A stretch of DNA of 64,000 nt, from positions 4,798-68,797 of the forward strand of contig JAUWCU010000002.1 in assembly GCA_030609135.1 (NCBI GenBank). Reading direction: 5' to 3'. Position 1 is the first letter of the stretch. Each line of letters starts with the position of its first letter. Of this stretch, positions 36,945 through 46,307 are shown piece by piece. The translations under genes and the position numbers were made by a program. Origin of the DNA: Candidatus Stahliibacteriota bacterium (GTDB taxonomy: Bacteria; Hydrothermota; Tepidihabitantia; SM23-42). The notes beneath the pieces were generated by a model that did no database searches, was not told the DNA's origin, and saw nothing but the letters and a program-made list of their open reading frames with translations.

Positions 36945-37841
36945 TTATCCTGGCTTCTCCTGCCTTTTTCTGTCTTCTAAAGCCCTTTTCACAAGTATCG
37001 GTATCTCGCTCAGTGTTTGCGCAAGTATTGCGCCGTGCTTTTGTAAAGCTTCAATTTTGCCATGAGCAGTACCCATATTACCCTCAATGATCGCACCAGC
37101 ATGACCGAGCCGCTTACCTTGAGGTGCTGCTTTACCTGTTATATAAGCAATAACTGGTTTTAACATATGTTCAATAAAAGGAGCTGCTAATTCTTCATAA
37201 ACCCCACCGATTTCACCGGCCATCACAACCGCATCGGTCTCAGGGTCATTTTCAAACAATCGTAATATGTCCTCGTAGTTTGCTCCCAGGATTGGATCCC
37301 CACCCAGACCAACTGAAGTCGATTCACCAAAGCCAGCAAGGTTTAGAGAATTTGCCAAATAATATGTCACGGCGCCGCTGCGTGCAATCGTACCTATGCG
37401 TCCGGGTTTAAAGGTAATTTTTGGGAGCATACCAACGAGTGCCTTACCTGGTGAAATTACACCTGGCGTATTGCCTCCTATAACGACGACACCCTTTTCT
37501 TTGGCTTTCTGGCGTGCGTATAGCATATCGTGAATTGGGATGCATTCAGTTATTACAATGACCGTTTTAATACCGGCATCAATTGCCTCAAGTATTGCAT
37601 CCTTTGCAAAACGTGGCGGTACCCAAATGCTTGACACAGCAGCATCCGGATGTTTTTCCAAACACTGGTGTACAGTATCATACACTCTTACACCTTCAAC
37701 TTCCTGACCACCTTTGCCCGGCGTCACACCACCAGCGATCTTTGTCCCGTATTCGAGCATGAACTTTGTATGGAGTGATGCATTTTTTCCAGTAATCCCC
37801 TGGACTATCGTTTTCGTTTCATTATCAATAACAATACTCAT
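36945..37841 (-). CDS. Succinyl-CoA synthetase alpha-subunit-like protein (candidate citryl-CoA synthetase small subunit / split AclA N-domain)
   Basis: CoA-binding Rossmann N-domain and the phosphohistidine loop GHAGAII. Confidence 0.7.
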   Translation of the reverse strand: MSIVIDNETKTIVQGITGKNASLHTKFMLEYGTKIAGGVTPGKGGQEVEGVRVYDTVHQCLEKHPDAAVSSIWVPPRFAKDAILEAIDAGIKTVIVITECIPIHDMLYARQKAKEKGVVVIGGNTPGVISPGKALVGMLPKITFKPGRIGTIARSGAVTYYLANSLNLAGFGESTSVGLGGDPILGANYEDILRLFENDPETDAVVMAGEIGGVYEELAAPFIEHMLKPVIAYITGKAAPQGKRLGHAGAIIEGNMGTAHGKIEALQKHGAILAQTLSEIPILVKRALEDRKRQEKPG

Positions 37842-37846
37842 TGTTA

Positions 37847-39079
37847 TTATTCCTTATCTGCGCAATCTGTGTCCGCCTCTGGCGGATTTTCTGTGTCAAT
37901 CTGTGTCTTGGCCACCCGGATCGTTTCCTTAATCACTTGCTCAATAGGTGTATCAACCGCATATATCTTGATTTTTTTGAATAGCTCTGGAAAATTTCTT
38001 TTTGCTTGTTCCAGTATTTTTCTGCCCTGCTCTTCCATATTACCGGCCATCCTCATGATCATCGGTTTTTCAGGTTTGTTTTCCTTTACATATTGCACTA
38101 TTGCCCTTGCCCAATCATCACACCGAGAAATGCCTCCAAAACGGGCACCGAATATAGCTTTCACTTTAGGGTTATCAACAAGCAATCCAAGCATAGCCCG
38201 GAGCTTTTCTTGAGTCGGAGCACCACCTGAATCCATAAAGTTAGCCGGTTTTCCTTGATAAAGTGTTATCAAATCTATCGCCGCAATGCCAAAACCAGCA
38301 CCTCCGGGGAATACACCGATATCACCATCAAGATCCACATAAGGGATACCTTTCGCCTTAGCTATTTGTTCGCGTTGGGTCAACTCCCCGAGCTCGTGCC
38401 TTGCCACAATACCCATTTCTTTGAGTTCTCGGTGCTTAAACATAGCATCTTCGTCAAGGTCAATTTTGGCATCGAGCGCATAAATGTTTCCGTCTTTTGA
38501 TAAAACCAGCGGGTTAATTTCAACTAACTTACAATCAAAGCCTAAGAAAAGTTTGTACACCTTCAAGATAATACCCGCAACTATCCCTAACCCATCACTC
38601 GAGAATCCCAAATCACCTGATATAGTTCTTGCCTTAAAACCATGCATTATTTCACCTGGATTAAAGTAATACTTTAATAATGCACCAGGATCGTCTTTAG
38701 TAATTGCTTCTATGTCCACGCCGCCTTTTTTGCTCGCCATAAATAAGAGCTTATGCTCGAGCCGATCGATCAATGCAGCAATATATACTTCTCTTTCAAT
38801 ATTTATTTTCTTCTCCAGGAGAACTTTCTCAATGACAAATGGACCATGCTTCTTACCTAAAATTGAGCATATCATGGCCTCAGCCTCTTCTCTACACTCG
38901 GCAAATTGAACAAGCCCAGCTTTGCCCCGGCCGCCTAAAAACGCCTGTCCTTTAATAACCACCGGATAGACGACCTTATCCAGCTCATTGAAGCTATCCC
39001 TACTGATGACAACTGACTCGGGTACTGGTATCATGTACTTTCTGAATAGTTTTTTTGCTTCGAATTCGTATAATCTCAT
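37847..39079 (-). CDS. Succinyl-CoA synthetase beta-subunit-like ATP-grasp protein (candidate citryl-CoA synthetase large subunit / AclB-like)
   Basis: The ATP-grasp N-terminus MRLYEFEAKKLF..GGRGKAG parallels SucC; the C-terminal CoA-ligase domain differs from the canonical SucC glycine-rich loop. Confidence 0.7.
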   Translation of the reverse strand: MRLYEFEAKKLFRKYMIPVPESVVISRDSFNELDKVVYPVVIKGQAFLGGRGKAGLVQFAECREEAEAMICSILGKKHGPFVIEKVLLEKKINIEREVYIAALIDRLEHKLLFMASKKGGVDIEAITKDDPGALLKYYFNPGEIMHGFKARTISGDLGFSSDGLGIVAGIILKVYKLFLGFDCKLVEINPLVLSKDGNIYALDAKIDLDEDAMFKHRELKEMGIVARHELGELTQREQIAKAKGIPYVDLDGDIGVFPGGAGFGIAAIDLITLYQGKPANFMDSGGAPTQEKLRAMLGLLVDNPKVKAIFGARFGGISRCDDWARAIVQYVKENKPEKPMIMRMAGNMEEQGRKILEQAKRNFPELFKKIKIYAVDTPIEQVIKETIRVAKTQIDTENPPEADTDCADKE

Positions 39080-39150
39080 CGGCTATAATTATATAAAAAT
39101 AAAAATATATTGCAATAGGCAGTGACCACAGTGTGGTATTGCAGGTATCG

Positions 39151-39660
39151 CTATTTTGATCTTTCTATATCAAAATCTATAAAATCGCAGTGATGTATAA
39201 TTACAGCTTCATTAGAACGCTTCACCTTCTCGCCTTCAACTGAATGGGCTGCCACGATGTGGGCAACTTCAATGGGCAAACCAGCATCAAGGGTTAAACC
39301 ATATCCTGCTACTGGATGCCGAATAAGTTTACCAAAACTGGACTTAGTGTATTTTTTACCAAGCTTTTTGTATTCAAGTAATTTCCCGACGTCATGGACC
39401 AACCCGCCGGCAATAATGTGGTCTATTTTAACATCCTGGCGTTTACCTGCTACTGCTATTGCCATACGCGTAACTGCCCTGGTATGTTCAACGAGTGTCT
39501 TTTTTGTCTTGATGAGCAGAGTAAACGGTATTTTGTCAATTCTCTGCCACTTGCCTTTTTTCATAGCTAATAGCCATACTGCGATAACGCCTTCGCGAAG
39601 TGATTTACTTGTTATCTTTTCAATCTCAGGAAATAGCTTTATTATGTATTTTTTATCCAT
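39151..39660 (-). CDS. HD-domain phosphohydrolase
   Basis: HTRAV...GGLVHDVGK HD motif; 169 aa. Confidence 0.7.
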   Translation of the reverse strand: MDKKYIIKLFPEIEKITSKSLREGVIAVWLLAMKKGKWQRIDKIPFTLLIKTKKTLVEHTRAVTRMAIAVAGKRQDVKIDHIIAGGLVHDVGKLLEYKKLGKKYTKSSFGKLIRHPVAGYGLTLDAGLPIEVAHIVAAHSVEGEKVKRSNEAVIIHHCDFIDFDIERSK

Positions 39661-39712
39661 AATTCCCCTTTCTGATAAACTGCTAAGTCAATGATCTCCC
39701 CGCCCCAGAAAG

Positions 39713-39741
39713 CAGGGTATCTTATTTTCTATTTCACCCTC
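39713..39741. repeat. Conserved 29-nt intergenic motif CAGGGTATCTTAYTTTCTATTTCACCCTC (copy 1)
   Basis: Near-identical to 45529-45557; contains AGGGT...ACCCT inverted ends. Confidence 0.5.
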
Positions 39742-39798
39742 TCCGCCGCTTGCCGCGGCACGATGTTTTAAATATTTGAACTTCACACACATCAGATT

Positions 39799-42700
39799 CT
39801 ACTGCCCGGACAGAGGCTGTACCAAAACGTCGTCGTAATCAGTCACCATACCCTCTTGTTCCAAGACCCCAATACCAATACCTCCATTGATAAATGGATT
39901 ATCATTGTCCGTATAGCTAATTCGAAGGCTGTCATTCAAGTAGCCTTTAATCTGATGAGGTTGGGATTGAATTTCAACCTTGAGGTTGTACCAGACATTT
40001 TGCTCGGGCTTGAAAGGATAGCTTGCGAGGAATATCCAAATTCCGTTGACTCGTTTGTAAAGGTCAATGCAACCTGCATCACCATGAATGCCGAAGCGGT
40101 AGTAATTCAAATCATCCTGTACCCGGAAAAAGACGTATGATTTCAACCAAGACACACTAGCACTACCTATTATTCTGGTCCTAACCTGATATTGGTAATT
40201 CGTCCAGTCGCAAGCCTCAGCCACGGTGGCAAAATGCGTGCTGCCGCTACCCCGGGCAAAACTAGGTTCTTCGGGCGGAACGAACCATGTTCCTTGGCGT
40301 TTGTTCCATAGGGTATCCATCACACCACTATCAAAGTTGTCAGCGAACAATGTATCTGGTGGTTCGAGCGGACGCACGACAATGTCATCGTAATAGTTGG
40401 TCATATTGCCTTCAGTAATACCGATGCCGATACCACCATACTGATATTTTGTGTCATTGGCAGTAATTACTTGCTTACCATTGAAGAAACAACGAATCCA
40501 ATTGCCCTGAACCTTAACCGCAAGATTGTACCAGCTGTCCTTCTGGGGTTGAAAATCATAAGTACCAAGCCTTGTCCATCCATGTAAGCTATCGCGTCGA
40601 TAGAGCACGAGCCTTGGTTCATCTCCCTTTATTCCGTATCTGTAGTACTGAGTGTCATTTTGGACACGGAAGAAAACATAAGATTTGAGATACGGTATAT
40701 CCGGATGAGTACTTCCCGCCATTTTAGTATTGACCTGAAAACGGTAATTGGTCCATCCTTCATCACCCGCACCGACTGTGGCAAGGTAAGAAGAATAATT
40801 CCCACTGCCTTTTGCACTGCTGTCCTCAACCGACCACGCATTTGGATCATCCCATTTATACCATTGACTACTCATTGAACCAGAATTAAAATCGTCATAG
40901 AAAATATCTCCGGGTAATGGTCTCATTGCCCGGTTAACCTGCTCTGTAATACTACCAACCGTATCACTGTTACTAATAGCGGTTATGTAGAGGGTACCGA
41001 CAGTATCTTTTAATTCTAAAAATACTTCAACTTCTTTGGTTCCATGTCCGGGGAGTGTAACCGGATTGTTCCCAATGAATGCTATCTCTCCATGTCCTTG
41101 TGTAAATGCTCCAGTCAAGGTAACAGACATCGTATCAGTTGTGTTGTTTATCAAAGTCAATGGAAAGCTATCACCAGTCGGAAACTTTATGAATAAATCT
41201 TCGGGTAGCTCAAGGCTCACCGGGTCATAAACCCATACTGTAAACAATGTTGAATCATCTGGCGTCGGGCTAGTATTAATCACCCAGAAAGTATCTTCAC
41301 CAAGGGGATGGGTATCTGGGATTGTAAAATCATATTGAATCTCCCGAACTTCACACTGACGCAGCCAAAAAGTACGAAAAGAGCAATTCCCAAATGGTGT
41401 GGTGATTAGCAACGCGTATTGTTTAGAGCCGAACTCAAGATTCTGAACCCGGAGTTTGAATTTTCCAGCCTTACCTTGGCAGAGCACTGGTGAAGACATC
41501 GATGAATATTCGTACCTCGGTTCCTGACTGAGCCGAACAAGTGCGGAAACCATGTGTTCGGGCACATTAAGCATATCCATGGCAGTAGGATCGTAATAGA
41601 CCCATCTTGGTCCAAAATAATCTCCTGACAAAACATAACAATGATCATACGTGCCTAATCCGGGGAACATTATTTTAACACCCAGATTGTATCTAAATGG
41701 ATCCATGCTGACTTGTGACCTATCCATGTTCACCATTGGAATAAGCAAGTCATTATCTGGGATTTTAAAAATATTGCCTTTAATATCTGCAGGCAGTCGT
41801 AGAGCATGGGCATTAAGTACCCATGTCTTACCCTTATACAAATTAAAAAGAGGTTGATACTTAAGGTCTATTAAGCGACTTAAGGGTTCATCTACATTAG
41901 CCTCAAGGCTTGGATAAAGTCCACCATACAAAGCAGTCTTGTCCTTGGTTTCGGTCTCACTAGCTAATGTGTCAATGACAAAAAGTATTAAAGGGCGGGA
42001 TAGACCAAGATACTGCAGACAACTTACTACTTCAGGATGTCTTTCAACCATGATTCCATCGATGTTTTTACATACCTCCACGCTTGTGGGCCCATTGGCT
42101 AAAATGCCTTTGTTACGATTATGCACCTCTCTACAGATTTTTTCATTTATTTCTTCCAGCGCAAATCCAAGCATATAGACAGGAGTAGTATTAATCATGG
42201 TCACGCTATCGTTGTGAGCGTAATCATAATAGTGGTAATCATCCCGGTCATAGAAGATACCTGCCGCTGGAAAACTATCTAAAACAGCCGTTATCTGAGT
42301 GTCGATGTATGCCGCCCAGGAACGTTCACCCGGGGGATAAAAGGACAAAAGATTCGTGTCCGGATTCATAAGTCGGCATGCTTGAAAAGCTTTAAGGGGA
42401 TTTCCATCCTGATCTTTCGCAAGAGATGAATCAAAAGGAAAAGGTATTGTGTCATTATATACCCAACTTTTCCATGCCTCCATAGACTGAGTATATGGAT
42501 ATGAACCAATCTGATGATCATTAAATAAATTCATAATGTACGTAATGGTATCGTAGGTATAATAATCATTGCCGGCGTGTCGAAGCCAATATTTATAAGT
42601 CGTAGTGCTATCTCCATCTCTTATGCCCAGCCATTTGAAACGGTCCTGGGGTACATAGAGGCCAAAAAATGCCTTGTTGTGATAGTATTCTTCCCATTTT

Positions 42701-43905
42701 ACTCCGAATATTTGACAGGTATCTATTTTTTCCAGCTCACCAAATGTCCAGGAACCTGCTATGAAGAATCGTCCTTCATAGTCTTGTATTTGGGAACTGT
42801 CATGAGGTGTAAAATATTCTGGATACCGTGTTTGCATATAGGCAAGCCCTGGTCGCCAGTCGCCTTCATGAGGGACAAGATACAATGAAGTCTGGGCAGC
42901 CTGGCTCTGCGGTACGTACATTTGCATATAATTGTATGAGACCCTAAAAGTATCGGAAGCAGGGGTTTTTCTTAATTTAAATTGCAGTCGCGGTTTTTTC
43001 ACTTCAAATGGGCAGATAAAAGATACACCATAATCCAAAGTGGTATCATATAGAGTTACAGACGGCAAAATGCAGAAATTCTCACGATAGATGATTGTTT
43101 TATTGAAGTAGTCTTCGATGAAATACGGTGCATTGGCATCAGCCCAGAACGCATATTGCATTGTATCAAGAAGCGGTAAAGAAAAATCCAGACGCAATGA
43201 GCGTCTTGTCGGATTCTCAATATTGAGCCAGACATGATTATCCCAACGTAATCCGAGTGTATCCATTGTATAACTAACCAGTGCCTGATGATTCGGAAAA
43301 TTAATTTGAAAGCTGATCATCCCCTGTGTGGGAGTATTAACCGTGTCAATATAAACTAAGGAATCAACATCCTCATCTTGCAGATATTCCTGACTTATCA
43401 GCGTGTCCCGGAATACTATTTGTCCTGGCTCATTAGCTGAGAGCAACCCACTATGACCTTTTACTGTCAGACCGCGTATCACGCCTGTTTGCCTCCAGAA
43501 TATCACCTCCATGTGGATGTTGCGTAATATGATTAAGGTATCATTACTCTCGAATTCCACTTTCACCAGCTCAACTTCACCCATATTCACCGGTCCGATT
43601 TCAGGGTCATAAGTAATAACCTTGTTTCTAAAATATGAACCATATTCAAAATGAACATCATACTTACCTGCAGGAAGTGCACCGAACCGAGAAGCATGAA
43701 AATAACCATCTCCATACATCGGATGATGATAACTTACTGTATCAAGCACAATGCTCGTGTCGTTTTGATACACCGCCTTGATGTGGACTCCATTGGTTCT
43801 TACACCCTCTACCTTGGTAAAACCGTAGCAAAGTGTTTCTGCATAAGCAGTTTGCACAGCGCCCAGGCAAAACAATGCTACTATGAGTGACAAAATGTTC
43901 TTCAC
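39799..43905 (-). CDS. Large secreted protein (1368 aa) with two tandem C-terminal DUF1080/LamG-like jelly-roll domains
   Basis: Signal peptide MKNILSLIVALFCLGAVQTAYA. The last ~340 aa are two ~170-aa repeats (...W.NY.....K.YVFFRVQ.D..YYR.GI.GD...L.R...G.W..L..Y.F.P...WYNL.V..Q.....Y...D..........GGIGIG...). No recognisable catalytic motif in the N-terminal 1000 aa. Confidence 0.7.
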   Translation of the reverse strand: MKNILSLIVALFCLGAVQTAYAETLCYGFTKVEGVRTNGVHIKAVYQNDTSIVLDTVSYHHPMYGDGYFHASRFGALPAGKYDVHFEYGSYFRNKVITYDPEIGPVNMGEVELVKVEFESNDTLIILRNIHMEVIFWRQTGVIRGLTVKGHSGLLSANEPGQIVFRDTLISQEYLQDEDVDSLVYIDTVNTPTQGMISFQINFPNHQALVSYTMDTLGLRWDNHVWLNIENPTRRSLRLDFSLPLLDTMQYAFWADANAPYFIEDYFNKTIIYRENFCILPSVTLYDTTLDYGVSFICPFEVKKPRLQFKLRKTPASDTFRVSYNYMQMYVPQSQAAQTSLYLVPHEGDWRPGLAYMQTRYPEYFTPHDSSQIQDYEGRFFIAGSWTFGELEKIDTCQIFGVKWEEYYHNKAFFGLYVPQDRFKWLGIRDGDSTTTYKYWLRHAGNDYYTYDTITYIMNLFNDHQIGSYPYTQSMEAWKSWVYNDTIPFPFDSSLAKDQDGNPLKAFQACRLMNPDTNLLSFYPPGERSWAAYIDTQITAVLDSFPAAGIFYDRDDYHYYDYAHNDSVTMINTTPVYMLGFALEEINEKICREVHNRNKGILANGPTSVEVCKNIDGIMVERHPEVVSCLQYLGLSRPLILFVIDTLASETETKDKTALYGGLYPSLEANVDEPLSRLIDLKYQPLFNLYKGKTWVLNAHALRLPADIKGNIFKIPDNDLLIPMVNMDRSQVSMDPFRYNLGVKIMFPGLGTYDHCYVLSGDYFGPRWVYYDPTAMDMLNVPEHMVSALVRLSQEPRYEYSSMSSPVLCQGKAGKFKLRVQNLEFGSKQYALLITTPFGNCSFRTFWLRQCEVREIQYDFTIPDTHPLGEDTFWVINTSPTPDDSTLFTVWVYDPVSLELPEDLFIKFPTGDSFPLTLINNTTDTMSVTLTGAFTQGHGEIAFIGNNPVTLPGHGTKEVEVFLELKDTVGTLYITAISNSDTVGSITEQVNRAMRPLPGDIFYDDFNSGSMSSQWYKWDDPNAWSVEDSSAKGSGNYSSYLATVGAGDEGWTNYRFQVNTKMAGSTHPDIPYLKSYVFFRVQNDTQYYRYGIKGDEPRLVLYRRDSLHGWTRLGTYDFQPQKDSWYNLAVKVQGNWIRCFFNGKQVITANDTKYQYGGIGIGITEGNMTNYYDDIVVRPLEPPDTLFADNFDSGVMDTLWNKRQGTWFVPPEEPSFARGSGSTHFATVAEACDWTNYQYQVRTRIIGSASVSWLKSYVFFRVQDDLNYYRFGIHGDAGCIDLYKRVNGIWIFLASYPFKPEQNVWYNLKVEIQSQPHQIKGYLNDSLRISYTDNDNPFINGGIGIGVLEQEGMVTDYDDVLVQPLSGQ

Positions 43906-44003
43906 GCTATCCTCCTTTCCCCTTACTTTAATCGTTCGACTGAGATCACGTCGAAGTCCTCTCCCCTATGGGGAGAGGGAAGGGTGAGGGGAGTCAAGAT
44001 TCC

Positions 44004-45401
44004 CTATTTCATCTTCACAACCCGCACAGGCTTGAAACTCTTGTCTTCAGGGATGAAAAAATAAACCCCGGCAGAAAGACCAAAACCGATTTTATCCCCA
44101 GAATAACTACCAACCTGTCTCCCCATGATATCATAGAGAATAAAGTGTTCCCTTTCACAACCGAGAGCGGATGCAAAAGAAACAAATGGATTAGGAACAA
44201 CTTGTAAATTTGACGTGTAAGGTCGATGCCAAGCACTATTATTATCCTCGATCCCTGTATTTCCATCCGCATCGGTTTTGACAAGATAAACCTGACGCTG
44301 ATTTCCGAATGAATACGTAAACCCGGCGATGATATACCCACCATCTGTGGTCTGCTGGACAGAGTAGCTGCCATCGTTGGAGTTCCCGCCGTAGCATCTT
44401 ATCCATTGATCATTACCAAGAGAATCGATCTTTGCTACGTAGGCACTACCAAGCCCGAGAGCATCGGTATATCCTGCAACGATATACCCTCCATCAGTAG
44501 TCTGCTGAATACAAAATCCCTGTTCATAACCCTGACCTGATATCACCCCATACCCTCTGGTCCACAAAGTATCCCCGAGAGAATCAGTCTTTATGAGATA
44601 GACATCTTCATTGTTACTCGATATATACCAGTAGTATCCCGCGATGATATATCCACCATCTGTGGTCTGCTGGACAGAGTAGCCTTCTTGTACATTCGCA
44701 ACTCCTCTTTGGTATCTCCCTGTCCAGAGTGTATCACCAAGAGAGTCGGTCTTCACCAGGTAGACATCGTTTCCTATCATCCCCGCTGCAATATAACCCC
44801 CATTCTGCGTCTGCTGAACTGAATAGCCATTGTCATCGAAATTTCTAGTCCATAGAGTATCTCCGAGAGAGTCGGTTTTGATAAGGATAAAGTTACCTTG
44901 ACGGTCACAATAATCCCACCAATAAGGACCGCCAACAATAATATACCCTCCATCAGTAGTCTGCCGAACACAATTCCCACATGAGGCACCTCCATATGTT
45001 TTAGTCCATAAAGTGTCTCCAAGAGAATCGATTTTAACAAGATAAATATGTTCATTATTTCCAAAAGAAGTAGTGTAACCGGTGATGATATAGCCTTCAT
45101 CAACGGTTTGCTGGACAGAGTAGCCCCAATCTCTCCCTGTCCCTCCATAGATCTTAGCCCAGAGCGTATCTCCGAGAGAATCGGTCTTCACCAGGTAGAT
45201 CTGGTCGCTATCTCCATAAGAACTAGTATATCCTACCACTATATAGCCACCATCTGTGGTTTGGTCTACAGAACGACCTTCCTCATAGCCCGCCCCTCCA
45301 TAGTTCCTCTCCCACATCAGTTGAGAAAAACCTGTGCCTGCAAAGACCATGACAAGCAGCACCCAGAGCACAAGCCGAAGTGGATTAAAATCTTTTTCCA
45401 T
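44004..45401 (-). CDS. SBBP beta-propeller-repeat surface protein with a T9SS-type C-terminal sorting domain
   Basis: Signal peptide, then about 9 repeats of ...GG.G.D.GYSVQQTTDGGYIIAGYT.S.G....YLVKTDSLGDTLW...; the C-terminus ...GVYFFIPEDKSFKPVRVVKMK resembles Por-secretion CTDs. Confidence 0.7.
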   Translation of the reverse strand: MEKDFNPLRLVLWVLLVMVFAGTGFSQLMWERNYGGAGYEEGRSVDQTTDGGYIVVGYTSSYGDSDQIYLVKTDSLGDTLWAKIYGGTGRDWGYSVQQTVDEGYIITGYTTSFGNNEHIYLVKIDSLGDTLWTKTYGGASCGNCVRQTTDGGYIIVGGPYWWDYCDRQGNFILIKTDSLGDTLWTRNFDDNGYSVQQTQNGGYIAAGMIGNDVYLVKTDSLGDTLWTGRYQRGVANVQEGYSVQQTTDGGYIIAGYYWYISSNNEDVYLIKTDSLGDTLWTRGYGVISGQGYEQGFCIQQTTDGGYIVAGYTDALGLGSAYVAKIDSLGNDQWIRCYGGNSNDGSYSVQQTTDGGYIIAGFTYSFGNQRQVYLVKTDADGNTGIEDNNSAWHRPYTSNLQVVPNPFVSFASALGCEREHFILYDIMGRQVGSYSGDKIGFGLSAGVYFFIPEDKSFKPVRVVKMK

Positions 45402-45416
45402 TTATCCTCCTAAATA

Positions 45417-45444
45417 ATAATAATCTTTTTGAATAATATGTCAA
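45417..45444 (-). promoter_or_regulatory. sigma70-type promoter TTGACA-16-TATTAT with a downstream Shine-Dalgarno AGGAGG for the SBBP gene
   Basis: Minus-strand reading TTGACAtattattcaaaaagatTATTATtatttAGGAGGataaATG. Confidence 0.45.
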
Positions 45445-45528
45445 GCCTTATTGGTAACTGTTCAGATAAATCGAAAGTAGGATTAGAAAAAGGGGAATGT
45501 TCAAAATAGACAGGTTATAATACTTTGG

Positions 45529-45557
45529 CAGGGTATCTTACTTTCTATTTCACCCTC
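45529..45557. repeat. Conserved 29-nt intergenic motif (copy 2)
   Basis: cagggtatcttactttctatttcaccctc; see 39713-39741. Confidence 0.5.
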
Positions 45558-45794
45558 ACCCCTGAAACAAGTTCAGGGCAGGCTCTACCCCATGAAATAC
45601 AACGTTTTTTGACCCGTTAGATACTGAGCTTCAAATATGCTTATGCTCTTCAATCGTATAACAGGGTGTTATCTAACGGGGTTGACGGTAATAAGACTGA
45701 AAGTTTGGTAGCGAACATAGTAATGGATTTATCAAGTTTCAATCAGTATTATTTCACAGGGTGAACTCTCTCCCGTCAGCGTAGTTCATACTCT

Positions 45795-46307
45795 TTATTC
45801 ATTATGGTTTTTCTTCTTCAGATAATCAAGTAAGCCGCCCGCCTTCATGATTTTCATTTCAAGCGGTGTAATAGCGATGCCTTGATAAACCTTATTCTGT
45901 GATAAATTAGTGATTTTACCATTTTCAATGTTAACCTCAAGCCGGTCTTTCTGTTCAATCTCCCCGGTTCTATCAAATAGCACAATCGGTAAACCAGTAT
46001 TAACCGCATTTCTATGGAATATCCTGGCAAAAGACCTGGCGATCACAAGAGAAACACCAATACCATGGATACCTACAGTCGCATGCTCACGTGAAGAACC
46101 GCAGCCGAAATTCTTGCCGGCTACAATAATATCACCCGGTTCCACGTTTTCTATGAATTCTTCCCCGCCAGGCGCGCCTTCCATAGCATGGAGCGCCATT
46201 TCCTGCTTGTCAGTAATGGGCAGATACTTACCCGGATATATCTGGTCAGTATCAATATCATCTCCAAAGCACCATACCTTTCCTTTAATTATCACATTAC
46301 ACCTCAC
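45795..46307 (-). CDS. Aconitase-family small subunit, second copy (LeuD-type)
   Basis: DTDQIYPGKYL...GKNFGCGSSREHA. Confidence 0.85.
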   Translation of the reverse strand: MRCNVIIKGKVWCFGDDIDTDQIYPGKYLPITDKQEMALHAMEGAPGGEEFIENVEPGDIIVAGKNFGCGSSREHATVGIHGIGVSLVIARSFARIFHRNAVNTGLPIVLFDRTGEIEQKDRLEVNIENGKITNLSQNKVYQGIAITPLEMKIMKAGGLLDYLKKKNHNE

